Below are positions 1-9,890 of a DNA stretch of 64,000 nucleotides, one piece after another. The stretch is from Candidatus Latescibacterota bacterium. Lineage in GTDB: Bacteria; Latescibacterota; UBA2968; UBA8231. Both the position numbers and the translations under genes were made by a program. Every line of letters begins with the position of its first letter. The first letter of the stretch is position 1. The notes beneath the pieces are model-generated. The model was not told where the DNA came from and searched no databases. It was given only the letters and a program-made list of their open reading frames with translations. The DNA lies in the NCBI GenBank assembly GCA_965248265.1, contig CBDFJF010000001.1, positions 1,472,001 through 1,536,000 of the forward strand, in the 5' to 3' direction.

Positions 1-263
1 ATCGTTTACCATCTCAGCCTCATTACCTCCGAAGCAAGCGATGAACTGTTGCCGAAACGGCGATTACCAGGAGAAGTGCGCCCAGGGAAGAGAGGAAGAT
101 TCCGAAGCCCGGGTCTCCGCCGTATATCACAACGCCGCCGAGAAAGAATCCGGCCGGCAAGGCAATTGTTGCTCGTGACAACCAACGAATCCGATGATCA
201 GTGCGAGTGTGTAGGCACTCCCTTTCATAAGGGGTGTTGTCGGTAGTCTAGTTTCAGAGCGAG

Positions 264-1064
264 CTATATTCCTTCGTCGGCCTCCGCCCACGCACCCTTG
301 CACATGAGTCCGCCGTCACAGTTTACATTGTCGCCGGTCATGAACGAAGCCTTGTCGCTGGCCAGAAAGAGCACAAGGTTGGCGATCTCGGAGGGTTGCC
401 CGATGCGGCCCAACGGATGTCCGGCAGCGATACTCTTTCTCGCCTGCTCTTCCTCCTGCGGGCTCAACCCCTTGAGCGATTCCTGTACCATCGGAGTCTC
501 GATCGTGCCCGGGTTGACCGCCAGAACGCGAATGTTGTCCGCCGCGTATTCAAGCGCCAGCTGCTTGGTCAACGTCAGAATGCCGCCCTTGCTCGCGGCG
601 TAGGCCGCCACGCCCTTCATCGACTGCAGTCCCTGAACGCTGGCCGTGTTGATGATGGCGCCGCCGCCGCGCTTCACGAGTTCGGGTACGCAGTGCTTCG
701 TCATCAGGAAGTAACTCTTCAAGTTGACGGCGATAATCTGGTCCCAGCTCTCTTCAGGCAGTTCGTGGGCAGGCAGATAACTGTCCATCGGTTGAATGCC
801 CACGTTGTTGCACAGCACATCGACGCCACCGAACTCGGATGCAGCCATCTGCACGGCTGATTCGCATTCCGCGTTGACGGTGACATCCGTCTTGCGGAAC
901 AGAAGCTGGTCATGACGGCCGGCGAGCTCTTCTCCTGCACTCTCATCGACATCGAGGCACAGTACCTTGGCCCCGTCTCCGGCGAAAGCATCGCAGATTC
1001 CCCTGCCGATGCCCTTGGCACCGCCGGTAACGATAACGGATTTCCCGTGATGCTCTCCTGGCAT
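264..1064 (-). CDS. SDR family NAD(P)-dependent oxidoreductase
   Basis: TGGAKGIG Rossmann motif, NNVG, YAASK catalytic motif, PGTIET. Confidence 0.93.
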   Translation of the reverse strand: MPGEHHGKSVIVTGGAKGIGRGICDAFAGDGAKVLCLDVDESAGEELAGRHDQLLFRKTDVTVNAECESAVQMAASEFGGVDVLCNNVGIQPMDSYLPAHELPEESWDQIIAVNLKSYFLMTKHCVPELVKRGGGAIINTASVQGLQSMKGVAAYAASKGGILTLTKQLALEYAADNIRVLAVNPGTIETPMVQESLKGLSPQEEEQARKSIAAGHPLGRIGQPSEIANLVLFLASDKASFMTGDNVNCDGGLMCKGAWAEADEGI

Positions 1065-1133
1065 GATTCTACCCTATTCCTTTCGCGGAGCTCGCACCCG
1101 AACTCGTACCATCGTAGGCGAGGATGCTGTACT

Positions 1134-1532
1134 CTACTTTGCGTAATCGGACCGCAAACTCAATACGTGGATCTGAGCATTGACTCCGTAATTCGACCAG
1201 TCGTTCATTACGGCGCGCACGCCGTCGCTGTCGAAATAGGCGGTGGCGTCCGCGATGCTGGCGAACTCCGCTTCGATGAAACGATTCGGAGAGGCTCCGT
1301 GGTAGTTGTCGTAGGAGGCCATGCTCATCAATTCGGGGGGAGCTTTCAAAGCTGGCGCCGCCGACTTCACCCACTCGATGTAGTCTGCTTTCCCACCGAT
1401 GGGATAGTCTACGGTCAGCAGATACTTGATTGCCGCCCGTTGTGATCCGGATTCCGCGTGGGCGTCTTTGACGCCATCGAGGATGACAACCTGGATGGCA
1501 AGAGCAAGCACTGCCCCCGCAGCCATGTACAT
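1134..1532 (-). CDS. Exported small protein with a dimeric alpha/beta-barrel (EthD-like) fold
   Basis: GGGAGGG RBS before ATG at 1532; hydrophobic N-terminus ending AHA; EAEFASIADATAYF resembles the EthD/ABM barrel. Confidence 0.55.
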   Translation of the reverse strand: MYMAAGAVLALAIQVVILDGVKDAHAESGSQRAAIKYLLTVDYPIGGKADYIEWVKSAAPALKAPPELMSMASYDNYHGASPNRFIEAEFASIADATAYFDSDGVRAVMNDWSNYGVNAQIHVLSLRSDYAK

Positions 1533-1633
1533 CAGTTTCGCCCTCCCATAGCGTGTGAATCCGGCACTCGTACTCGGCGGATATTGTCGGTAGTGTAGGG
1601 AGTTTCGCAGGGGTCTCCAAGGCAGATCTCTCG

Positions 1634-2120
1634 TCAACTGGCCCCGATCGCTTCGATCACCTCATCCGTCGACATGACATCGCCGCAGTCGATATCGATA
1701 TCCAGCAGATTGACTTCGTGCATGAGCTCACAACGCTCGCCAACCGCTTCCCTGGGCACGACAACGCGAAAGGCGCTGCAGCCGTCGCGACAAGTGGCGT
1801 ACACGCAGTGACTGGTGCTGACCCCGGTGACGATGAGCGTATCCACGCCGAGCACGGTCAGCATATTCTGGAAATTGGTGCTGTTGAAGACCGAGGCGTA
1901 GGGTTTGTAGATGATTTTCTCGGTCCGGCGCCTGCCCAATCTCGGATCGAGTCCCAAGGTTCGGTCCTTGTCAGGATCGTATTCGGACCACCCCGGTGCC
2001 TTGCGATGCCGAGGTGGGTCCGCGGGATCGTTCGGGGACGTCGTACGGAGCACGGAGTTCCTCTGGCACACGCAGTTCCGGTGTGCCGCTGTTGTAGTCG
2101 GGTGAAAACAGTTCAGACAT
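1634..2120 (-). pseudogene. Isochorismatase-family cysteine hydrolase, internally deleted or frameshifted
   Basis: C-terminal K..SVF and TGVSTSHCVYAT motifs in ORF 1634..2071; the RBS+ATG at 2120 (MSELFSPDY) is in another frame; N-terminal catalytic Asp strand absent. Confidence 0.7.
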
Positions 2121-2242
2121 GGGGGTCTCCCTCCTCGTTGTTCGCGAGCCAGTTCGGCGATCGCCGTCTTCGCGTGCCTTATCTAACTTACTCTCTGTCC
2201 AGCTGCAAGAGTCAGGCAACGATCACTCGGAAAGGACACGAT

Positions 2243-4279
2243 TTGACCTCATCCACGCCTCCAACCAGGGGCACGGAGATTCTCTGGGACACCTACGGTG
2301 TTCCCCACATCTTCGCACCCGACCACGCAAGTCTCTTCTACGCATATGGCTACGCTCAGATGCAGGCACATGCTGAACTCCTCATACGGCTCTACGCACA
2401 GGCCCGTGGTCGCGCCGCTGAATTCTATGGCGAGGAGTACCTGGATGAGGATCGCTGGGTGCGCACGAATGGCATCCCGGAACGCGCCAGGGAATGGGCT
2501 GCTCAACAGAGCCTCGAGTTTGCCCCACTGCTACAGGCATTCGCCGCCGGATTGAATGCCAGGGCAGCCGAGCAGATCGAACTACTCACGGCGGATGCCA
2601 GAGCGGTCCTGCCTCTCACTGTGGATGACATCCTCGCCCACGGCATGCGCGTCATTAACTTCGGCTGGCTCGTCAACGCGGACAGCGTCCAGACCCGGGC
2701 AAACGGCCTGATCAAACCACCTTCGGGGTCCAACGGATGGGCCATCTCCCCGGACAACACCGCTTCCGGCAATGCCATGCTGCTGAGTAATTCCCATCTG
2801 GGATGGGGCGATAAGCACACCTACTTCGAAGTACAGCTGACCGCTCCGGGCGTCACCTCCTACGGCGCCGTCTGGGTCGGCTTCCCCACACTGCGACTGT
2901 GCTTCACCGACCACATCGGCTGGACCCAGACGACGAACAGCCCGAACCTGGCCGATCTCTATCAGCTGACGCTCCATGATGACGGTTATGTGCTGGATGG
3001 AGAAACACGGTCCTTCGAGGTGGAGCATCAGGTCATCAAAGTACAACAGGAGGATGGCAGACTCCGCGAGGAACCGCTGACGATCCGCCACTCGCTACAC
3101 GGTCCCGTGGTTGTCGATCGCGATGATGTGACCGTGGCGGTGCGAGTCACGGGGATGAAGCGACCGCGCATGTTCGAGCAGTTCTGGCGCATGGGACTGG
3201 CGCAAGATCTCGAGCAATTTCAGGACGCCATGCGCCTGCAGCAGCTGCCCCTGTTCAACACCATGTACGCGGATCGCGACGGCCACATCATGTACCTGTA
3301 CAATGCCGCATCGCCGGTTCGTCCCCGGGGGGATCACAGCTTCTGGGCCGGAGTCGTTCCCGGCGACGCTTCCGACCTCATCTGGTCAGAGGCGATCGTG
3401 CCGTACGATGAATTGCCTAAGATCATCGACCCCCCCAGCGGCTGGGTGCAAAACTGCAACGATTCACCCTGGACCTGCACCTACCCGATGGTACTTGAGC
3501 CGGAGATGTCTCCTGCCTATGTCGCGCCGCCACCCAGTCTGGGCCCGCGAGCGCAGCGCAGCATCCGGCTGCTGTCACAGACGGACGAAATCAGTCTCGC
3601 CGATTTGAAGCAGATGAAACTCTCAACGCATGTAGAACTCGCCGATCACTTTGTCGATGACCTGGTGACGGCCGCCAGGCAGCTGGGTGGCGAGAGAGCT
3701 CAGAGAGCCGCCGATATTCTGGCTAAGTGGGACCGCGAGACTGAGAGCCGGAGCGACGGTGCCTTCCTGTTCTACCGTTTCGCGGAAGCAGCTGGCGAAA
3801 ACTTCGATGCCATTGGCGGCTATGAAACCCTCCCCGATCCCCGACAACCATTGACGACACCCCGTGGCTTCGCTGATCCGGTGCGGGCCGTCACCCTCCT
3901 CGATGCAAAGGCGGAGCAGCTGGAGAGTGACTACGGAACCCTCCACGTGCTCTGGGGCGACGTCATCCGTTTGCGCCGCGTCGACCTGGACCTGCCGGGC
4001 AACGGCGCCCCCAGCACGATGGGGGCCATCAGAACAGCTGCCCCGGGGCCCTTCGAGGACGGAACAGCGCAGGTCGAAAGTGGCGACACCTTCTACTTTG
4101 TCATGGAGTTTGCAAACCCACTCAGGGGTGAAGCACTGCTCGGCTACGGCAACTGGTCACTCGAGGGATCGAAGCACGTCACCGACCAGCTGGAGATGGC
4201 ATCGAACAAGCAGATGCGGCCGATCCTACGACAACGTCAGGAAATCGAAGCCGCTTTGAAAAATCACAAGGTGTTTTAG
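2243..4279 (+). CDS. Penicillin/AHL/cephalosporin acylase family Ntn-hydrolase
   Basis: WDTYGVPHIFA, GYAQ, beta-subunit start GSNGWA, NSHL, QNCN; TTG start after AAAGGA RBS. Confidence 0.92.
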   Translation: MTSSTPPTRGTEILWDTYGVPHIFAPDHASLFYAYGYAQMQAHAELLIRLYAQARGRAAEFYGEEYLDEDRWVRTNGIPERAREWAAQQSLEFAPLLQAFAAGLNARAAEQIELLTADARAVLPLTVDDILAHGMRVINFGWLVNADSVQTRANGLIKPPSGSNGWAISPDNTASGNAMLLSNSHLGWGDKHTYFEVQLTAPGVTSYGAVWVGFPTLRLCFTDHIGWTQTTNSPNLADLYQLTLHDDGYVLDGETRSFEVEHQVIKVQQEDGRLREEPLTIRHSLHGPVVVDRDDVTVAVRVTGMKRPRMFEQFWRMGLAQDLEQFQDAMRLQQLPLFNTMYADRDGHIMYLYNAASPVRPRGDHSFWAGVVPGDASDLIWSEAIVPYDELPKIIDPPSGWVQNCNDSPWTCTYPMVLEPEMSPAYVAPPPSLGPRAQRSIRLLSQTDEISLADLKQMKLSTHVELADHFVDDLVTAARQLGGERAQRAADILAKWDRETESRSDGAFLFYRFAEAAGENFDAIGGYETLPDPRQPLTTPRGFADPVRAVTLLDAKAEQLESDYGTLHVLWGDVIRLRRVDLDLPGNGAPSTMGAIRTAAPGPFEDGTAQVESGDTFYFVMEFANPLRGEALLGYGNWSLEGSKHVTDQLEMASNKQMRPILRQRQEIEAALKNHKVF

Positions 4280-4686
4280 TGTCGCTGACGTCTCCTCAGG
4301 AGATCAGCGTTGCTGAAGAACGGCTCGTAGTTCTCGACAAACTCCGCCATTGTTTCCGTCACCGTAGAGGATGATGTGTCGAGGACGATCCGCTTCTGGA
4401 TCAGCGACGCCTCGACTTCCTCCTCGAAACGCTCGAGCACATTGGCGATATCCTTCTCCTGCACGACCTGATGAGTGTGCGGCACCTCTCGCATGCGCCG
4501 GGCGATCACTTCAGCGTTGGCCTTGAACAGCACCAGCACCGTATTCGGCGACAGCTCGCTCGACGGCACGCTGAAGTGATCGTGGAAGTGACTCGTCTTT
4601 TCCAGCAATCGCTCCGCCCACTCCATCACTTCGGCCGCGATGGTCGATTTACCCGCGTACTCACAACCCACGAATACGAGATTCAT
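4276..4686 (-). CDS. Short P-loop nucleoside-monophosphate-kinase-like protein (possibly internally deleted)
   Basis: GCEYAGKST Walker A; IARRM lid-like motif; LDTS; only about 136 aa. Confidence 0.6.
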   Translation of the reverse strand: MNLVFVGCEYAGKSTIAAEVMEWAERLLEKTSHFHDHFSVPSSELSPNTVLVLFKANAEVIARRMREVPHTHQVVQEKDIANVLERFEEEVEASLIQKRIVLDTSSSTVTETMAEFVENYEPFFSNADLLRRRQRH

Positions 4687-4854
4687 GCGTCTCCTCTCAC
4701 GTGCCCTCTCGGTCAAATGTCTGTGTGACAGTCTGATGCTGAGTTGAGCTGTCCGCAAGGCAACCCTTTCTTGCCTTTCCCAAGCAGTTGGATTTGCTTT
4801 GCAGGTCATACGCGTCGCTGAGCAGGTCCGCTGCTGAACCGCTATCCCACCTCT

Positions 4855-6060
4855 ATGACGACACCCGACTCCTTGAGAGGCACTCCGAAGCGTCGCTCTC
4901 CAGTGCGCAAGGCGCTTTACGTTCTCTGGTTGGCCGCCCTCGTGTATAACGGGCTGGTCGGCAGTGTAGCTCTGTACAGCAGCATCTTTTCTCCACTTCT
5001 GATTGAAGATTCGGGCCGCATCACGGTCCAGAATGCCTACTTCGTCAAGGATCGATTGCTCGGCTGGAGAATGATGCCCAACCTCAGCGTTTCCTTGCAG
5101 GATTCCGAGAGCCAGCCGTCCACACCATACTGCACAACAGACGACCAGGGACTCAGAATCACGCCCGCTCGAAACGGCCGCGATACGGTCGTCTTGCTGG
5201 GCGATTCATTCGTGCAGGGCTACTATCTCTTCGATCGCGAGATTATCGGGACGCGTTTGAGCCAGAGAGCCGAGGTCAATGTGGTCAACGCTGGTGTCGG
5301 GGGCTATTCAACCGATCAGGAATACGTCTTGCTTACCCAGGTCCTGGAAGAGGAGCGTCCTTCCTGGGTAGTGCTTCTTTTCTCTGTCAACGATTTGCTC
5401 TATCTGGGCGAGAGCAAGGCGTGGGGCATGACTAAGCCGTATTTCGATGAAGTGGACGGCAAGGTCGACTTCAAGGCCATCCAGTACAACCTCACCAGAG
5501 AAGAAATGGAAGAACTGACGGCTGAAAAGCAGAAAATGGGTTTGGAGGTGGAGGGCTGCTGCATCCCCGATTTTTTCGATCGGGTGGTCGGCCGGGCGCG
5601 GAAAACCTACGGTTTCTTCCCCCGAATTGGTGCCAGCGCGTCCGAACTGCAAAGGCAAATTGCCTCCACACGCCCCGCAACAAGCTACCACTACCAGATC
5701 GCCGACGTCGACTTCTACTACTCCTCACCCGAAGCATACGTCAAGAAATGGGATCTCCTGTTCCAGTTTCTGACCCGTATCAGAGATATCGGTTTCGAAA
5801 AAGACTACCGTTTACTGGTTTTTTTCGTACCTGAGTTGGCTCAGATCGCACGGCCTGAACGGGATCATTTCCGGCCCCAGGATTATTTTAATGACAAGTG
5901 CATAAAAAATGGGATCGACTGCATTGATCCACATCTTCAATTCGTTGAAAAGCAGAGCCAGACCGATCTCTACTTCATGGACGAAGGGCATCTTTCACCG
6001 GCGGGTGCCGACCTGACAGCGCAGATCATCAGTCGCTACCTGCAATCGGTTTCCAACTAG
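4855..6060 (+). CDS. Membrane-anchored SGNH/GDSL hydrolase family protein
   Basis: N-terminal TM helix; LGDSF, NAGVGGY, VND and DEGH blocks. Confidence 0.85.
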   Translation: MTTPDSLRGTPKRRSPVRKALYVLWLAALVYNGLVGSVALYSSIFSPLLIEDSGRITVQNAYFVKDRLLGWRMMPNLSVSLQDSESQPSTPYCTTDDQGLRITPARNGRDTVVLLGDSFVQGYYLFDREIIGTRLSQRAEVNVVNAGVGGYSTDQEYVLLTQVLEEERPSWVVLLFSVNDLLYLGESKAWGMTKPYFDEVDGKVDFKAIQYNLTREEMEELTAEKQKMGLEVEGCCIPDFFDRVVGRARKTYGFFPRIGASASELQRQIASTRPATSYHYQIADVDFYYSSPEAYVKKWDLLFQFLTRIRDIGFEKDYRLLVFFVPELAQIARPERDHFRPQDYFNDKCIKNGIDCIDPHLQFVEKQSQTDLYFMDEGHLSPAGADLTAQIISRYLQSVSN

Positions 6061-6073
6061 TAGTACCTCGCGC

Positions 6074-6937
6074 TTAGCCCTGGCCCTGTTCGACCCGATC
6101 GCGTCGCGTGGTCCTCTCCCCATTCGTGGGTTGTCCCCCCTGGGGAGGTTGGTCAGGTCGGACACCCTCCGGTGGCTCAAACCCGGATCGTTGGCCCGGG
6201 GGGACGTCACCCTGGGTGTCGCCACCCCTTCTCCCTCTGCCACCCCCTGAGCGCTCGGGAAGACTGGCGGGATCGAGAAAACCGGTGCCGGGGTGCAGCT
6301 CACGCCACACGTTCCAGGTCGTGTACACAGAGGGCATTTCGCCTGTCCTCGAACCGGCGTAGTCGCCGGAAATGCTGGTCATGGCGATGTCGCCCTCAAG
6401 ATGATACCAGAGACTCTCCGTCTCCTCGTCGAAGAGCACGAAAGTGTCCTCGTAGAGAATTCCGACAGATGCAAAGGTCAGGATCTGTCCCTCTACCTCG
6501 CGGCTGTACACGGCAGCCAGATTGGCGCGGGGTCAGTAGGCAACAGCGATGTAGTCGTCACCAAAGTGGCCATTGGTTACCTCGATGCCGGTAAGTGCGT
6601 CGAGCGAATAGGCTCGGGCTGAGCCGTTCATGTTCACACCGATAACGACGGAATCGTCGTCGTCCGTCGGGTACCCGGCATCTCCCGGGTACAGCATCCC
6701 TGGATCCGAAACAATGGGAAACGAGCCGATCCCACCGCCTCCAGTAAAGTCGGAAGAGTGCATACCCACCTCATCCCGAGCAAAGGTGAGATCCCACGCC
6801 CTTCCGGTGCGGTCTTCGAAGGTGTCAGGTCCATCTCCGGATGCAAGGACGATCAATTCCTCGGAATGTTGACTGCAACCGATGACCAGTGCGCCAAGAA
6901 CCGCACCGAGGGGAGAGAGCAGGTGACATGACCTCAT
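6074..6937 (-). CDS. DUF3179-family lipoprotein, probable selenoprotein (Sec at TGA 6533-6535)
   Basis: ORFs 6533..6937 and 6074..6511 share a frame and are separated by one TGA; joined sequence reads IAVAY-U-PRANLAAVYSR...LTF...LFDEETESLW; lipobox VIGC. Confidence 0.8.
6496..6532 (-). promoter_or_regulatory. Candidate bacterial SECIS hairpin
   Basis: Directly 3' of UGA: GGCUG-CCGUGUA-CAGCC stem-loop starting 14 nt downstream; CCCCGCG/CGCGAGG can form a lower stem. Confidence 0.5.
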
Positions 6938-6952
6938 CGCTAATTCTCCTTG

Positions 6953-7792
6953 TCAATACGAATACGATATACCCAGTCCCCACGCATGACCGGCGCTCAC
7001 ATTCTCTCCGGCCAACACCGATTCCAGGGAGACCTCCATCCAAAGAGGGCCACGGGCGCGGAATCCCGTGATGAGACCCAGCTTGGTGAAATTCCCTTCG
7101 GAGACCTGCACAAGACCCGGCTCTGCCAATCGGGCATTTCCACTGAGCGTTTTACTGTTCTCCAGGTAGGCCTTGAACGAGAGCCGATTTGAGGGTGTGG
7201 CACCTACCTCTCCGCTGTAGCTGATCTGATTCGAAAAGGGCCCACCGCGAACGCGGTATCCGGCCTCTGTCCCTAGGTAGAGCGGCAAAGGGTAGAATGA
7301 CCGGGCCGCCAGAACTCTTAGCTCAACATCCGCTTCTCCCGTACCCAGCGCCGGGGTGATATCATCGTCGTAGGAGGTGGGGATCTTCACGCTCATATAA
7401 GGGGACAACACGAACGGTTCCCCTACAAGTTCGTACTTGGCGCCGAGCACGACATCACCCAGACCACTCGTGTTTAAACGCAGGACGTTATGGCGAACGT
7501 TGCTGTCCGACCGCAGTGATGACCCACTGAGTTGGGTGATCAAGGTGAGATATTGGGTGAGGCCATATTCGATGTAGAGGAAGCCCTGACTCGCCTGAAA
7601 CTCGGAGCCATAGATCGTGACAGGCTGACGATCGCCGACGTCATCAAACACTTCATCCGAGCGGTAGAAGATGCTGGAGAGTTTGGTGTAGGCGTGACCC
7701 TGCGGTTGCGCCCAGGCGCCAGCCGAGACCAGTCGAGGAATCGCTAATACGACGAGGACTGCTATGAGCTGAAAGAACCTGCGCAGCGTCAT
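6953..7792 (-). CDS. Putative outer-membrane beta-barrel protein
   Basis: Signal peptide (VSA-GAWAQ); GLGDVVLGAKY; amphipathic strands; C-terminal aromatic (SYSY). Confidence 0.7.
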   Translation of the reverse strand: MTLRRFFQLIAVLVVLAIPRLVSAGAWAQPQGHAYTKLSSIFYRSDEVFDDVGDRQPVTIYGSEFQASQGFLYIEYGLTQYLTLITQLSGSSLRSDSNVRHNVLRLNTSGLGDVVLGAKYELVGEPFVLSPYMSVKIPTSYDDDITPALGTGEADVELRVLAARSFYPLPLYLGTEAGYRVRGGPFSNQISYSGEVGATPSNRLSFKAYLENSKTLSGNARLAEPGLVQVSEGNFTKLGLITGFRARGPLWMEVSLESVLAGENVSAGHAWGLGISYSY

Positions 7793-7885
7793 GGAAAGCC
7801 TCCACCGTGTCGACGTTTGTGCGCATCTCACCAACAAGTGTTAGACCCATGAGGGGGGCGAGACGTTTAATCCTGCCCGAGCAAA

Positions 7886-9199
7886 TCAGGTGCGCCGGCC
7901 AGTGTCAAGGTGGGAGACTTGGGGCAGGCCATCGCAGGCGGATCCACTGAGCAGGGAGCCGCGCCCACGGATGACATCCGCTTCGTCGTTGCTGCGGCGA
8001 AGTAGCAGCAGGACCGGCAGGGCCATCATCGTCACCGCGCCCCCGACGATGTAACCGTCTGCCAAACCACGCATCCGTGACAGGTAACCGAGACCGGCTT
8101 GTCCTGACATGCTGGTGGAACTGCCCAGCATGCTGTCGAAAGAAATGACCGTCGCCCGCTGCTCAGCGGGGATGAGCTGATGGAGGTAAGCCTGTCGAAC
8201 GGGAGCCATGACTCCCATCGCGGCCATGACCACGAGGTACAGGCCGACGGCGAGTTCGAACGAGTCGGCGAGGCCGACCCCGACAGCGGCCAGGGATTGC
8301 GCGATCAGTGCCCACATCATCAGCGTCGTTCGCTTGCCGCAGTACCGCGTGAAAAACTCGACCACTGTGTTGCCAGCGATTCCCGCCAGGGCGATAGCGG
8401 CCGCGATAAAACCAGCTACAGCTACCGCCTTCGGGTTGCCGTAGAGCTCAAGGAAGTAGGGTTGCCAGGCGTGGAATCCCCAGGCGATGAAGGTGTAGGG
8501 GATTGCCGACACCAGCATCAGACGCCGGACGCTGGGCTCTGACCAGCCATAGGAGATGCTGGAGGCTGCGATCCGCTTCATATGACCGCCAAGGGCTGAC
8601 AGGGCTACCCGTTGCGGAGTGAAACCGACATCGCGCATGGCTACTAGGGCGATGGCGAAGACGAGGACGAGCAGGGCGGAACGTACGATGAAGGGCAGAG
8701 ACAGATGCACCGATCCCAGCAGCCCGCCGGCGATCGTGCCGGCCAGCATGGCCACACCGGTAACCATCGAACTGCGGGCGAAGACGCGGTCGAGGTCAGC
8801 GTCGAAGTTCGTCGCTTTCAGGGCGTCGACCAGCCAGGCCTCAACGGCGCCGGAGTAGAACGTGAAGCCCAGGCCGAGGACGACGGACATCACAAGGAAG
8901 AGGACGAGGCTTCCTCCAGTGGCTGCTACACCAACGTACCCCAGAGTCCCCAGGAACATGACGACCAGACTCAGCAAGAAGGAAAGTCGGCGTCCACGCG
9001 TGTCGGCGACCACGCCAGTGGGCACCTCGAACAGCGCCATGCTGCCTGTGAAAACGGCATTGGCGAGAAAGACCTCGAGGATGTCGAGTCCGGCGTCGAG
9101 CAGAAAGAGGGTGTTGACACCCCAGATCAGCGATGCCGAAAGCGTGTAGAGGGCGGCGATAAGCAGGTAGATGCGTATGACAGTTCGATGCGATTTCAT
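7886..9199 (-). CDS. MFS transporter
   Basis: FEVPTGVVADTRGRR motif A; about 12 hydrophobic segments. Confidence 0.92.
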   Translation of the reverse strand: MKSHRTVIRIYLLIAALYTLSASLIWGVNTLFLLDAGLDILEVFLANAVFTGSMALFEVPTGVVADTRGRRLSFLLSLVVMFLGTLGYVGVAATGGSLVLFLVMSVVLGLGFTFYSGAVEAWLVDALKATNFDADLDRVFARSSMVTGVAMLAGTIAGGLLGSVHLSLPFIVRSALLVLVFAIALVAMRDVGFTPQRVALSALGGHMKRIAASSISYGWSEPSVRRLMLVSAIPYTFIAWGFHAWQPYFLELYGNPKAVAVAGFIAAAIALAGIAGNTVVEFFTRYCGKRTTLMMWALIAQSLAAVGVGLADSFELAVGLYLVVMAAMGVMAPVRQAYLHQLIPAEQRATVISFDSMLGSSTSMSGQAGLGYLSRMRGLADGYIVGGAVTMMALPVLLLLRRSNDEADVIRGRGSLLSGSACDGLPQVSHLDTGRRT

Positions 9200-9229
9200 A
9201 ATTGACCAGAAGCCTCACCCCCGACGGGC

Positions 9230-9673
9230 TCAGATAAGCAGAGAGCCGGCATTCACGTGCAGTGTGGCGCCATTGATGTAAGTGGAGCGCTCGGACACCA
9301 GGAATAACACCGCGTCCGCTAACTCTCTCGGGGTGCCTTGACGTTTCAGCGTCGACGCTTCGGCGAACTTCCTTTTCTCGTGGTCGCCGAAGCTGTCAGT
9401 GATCGGTGTGTCGATGGTTCCTGGTGCAATAGCGTTGGCCAGAATTCCCTCGAGGGCAAATTCCTGAAGTTCGTCAGCCACATCCGTCTCAACCACCGAA
9501 CACTTGGTCTGAGAATTGTCCTCGACGAGTCTTCGCGTCTTCTCAGCGCCTGCAGCGTCCACATCCGCGATGACGATCCCATTGGCGCCGGCTTCTGCCA
9601 GGACTTCGGCCACGGCGCGGCCGATACCGGACCCTGCTCCCGTGACGATGGCCGTTTTTCCGGAGATATCCAT
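9230..9673 (-). pseudogene. SDR oxidoreductase with in-frame internal deletion
   Basis: TGAGSGIG N-terminus joins at TDVAD/ELQEF directly to the C-terminal NAIAPG...GATLHVNAG; NNAG and YxxxK core missing. Confidence 0.8.
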
Positions 9674-9890
9674 GGAGACGATAAACGGGGTTCTCGAAAG
9701 CACTGACAAGGGGATAGGTGTACGGCGCTTCACACGACACACCCCACCGTCTTGACCAGATCCATTCTCGAAAGCTAGATTGGCAAACTCGCCTGCAGAA
9801 CCTGACAACCAAGCTCCGGGCAATGCAATCACACCCAGCTGCGCCTGCTGCGTAAGATGGAAACCCGCGAGTACTACTTAGTGAGTACCC

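Noticed and set aside
1-228. Possible minus-strand lipoprotein start (MKGSAYTLALIIGFVGC)
   Set aside because: In-frame stops follow within about 35 codons and the window edge prevents assessment
1718-2242. 175-aa N-terminal extension of the acylase ORF
   Set aside because: Antisense to the isochorismatase remnant; RBS and family motifs start at TTG 2243
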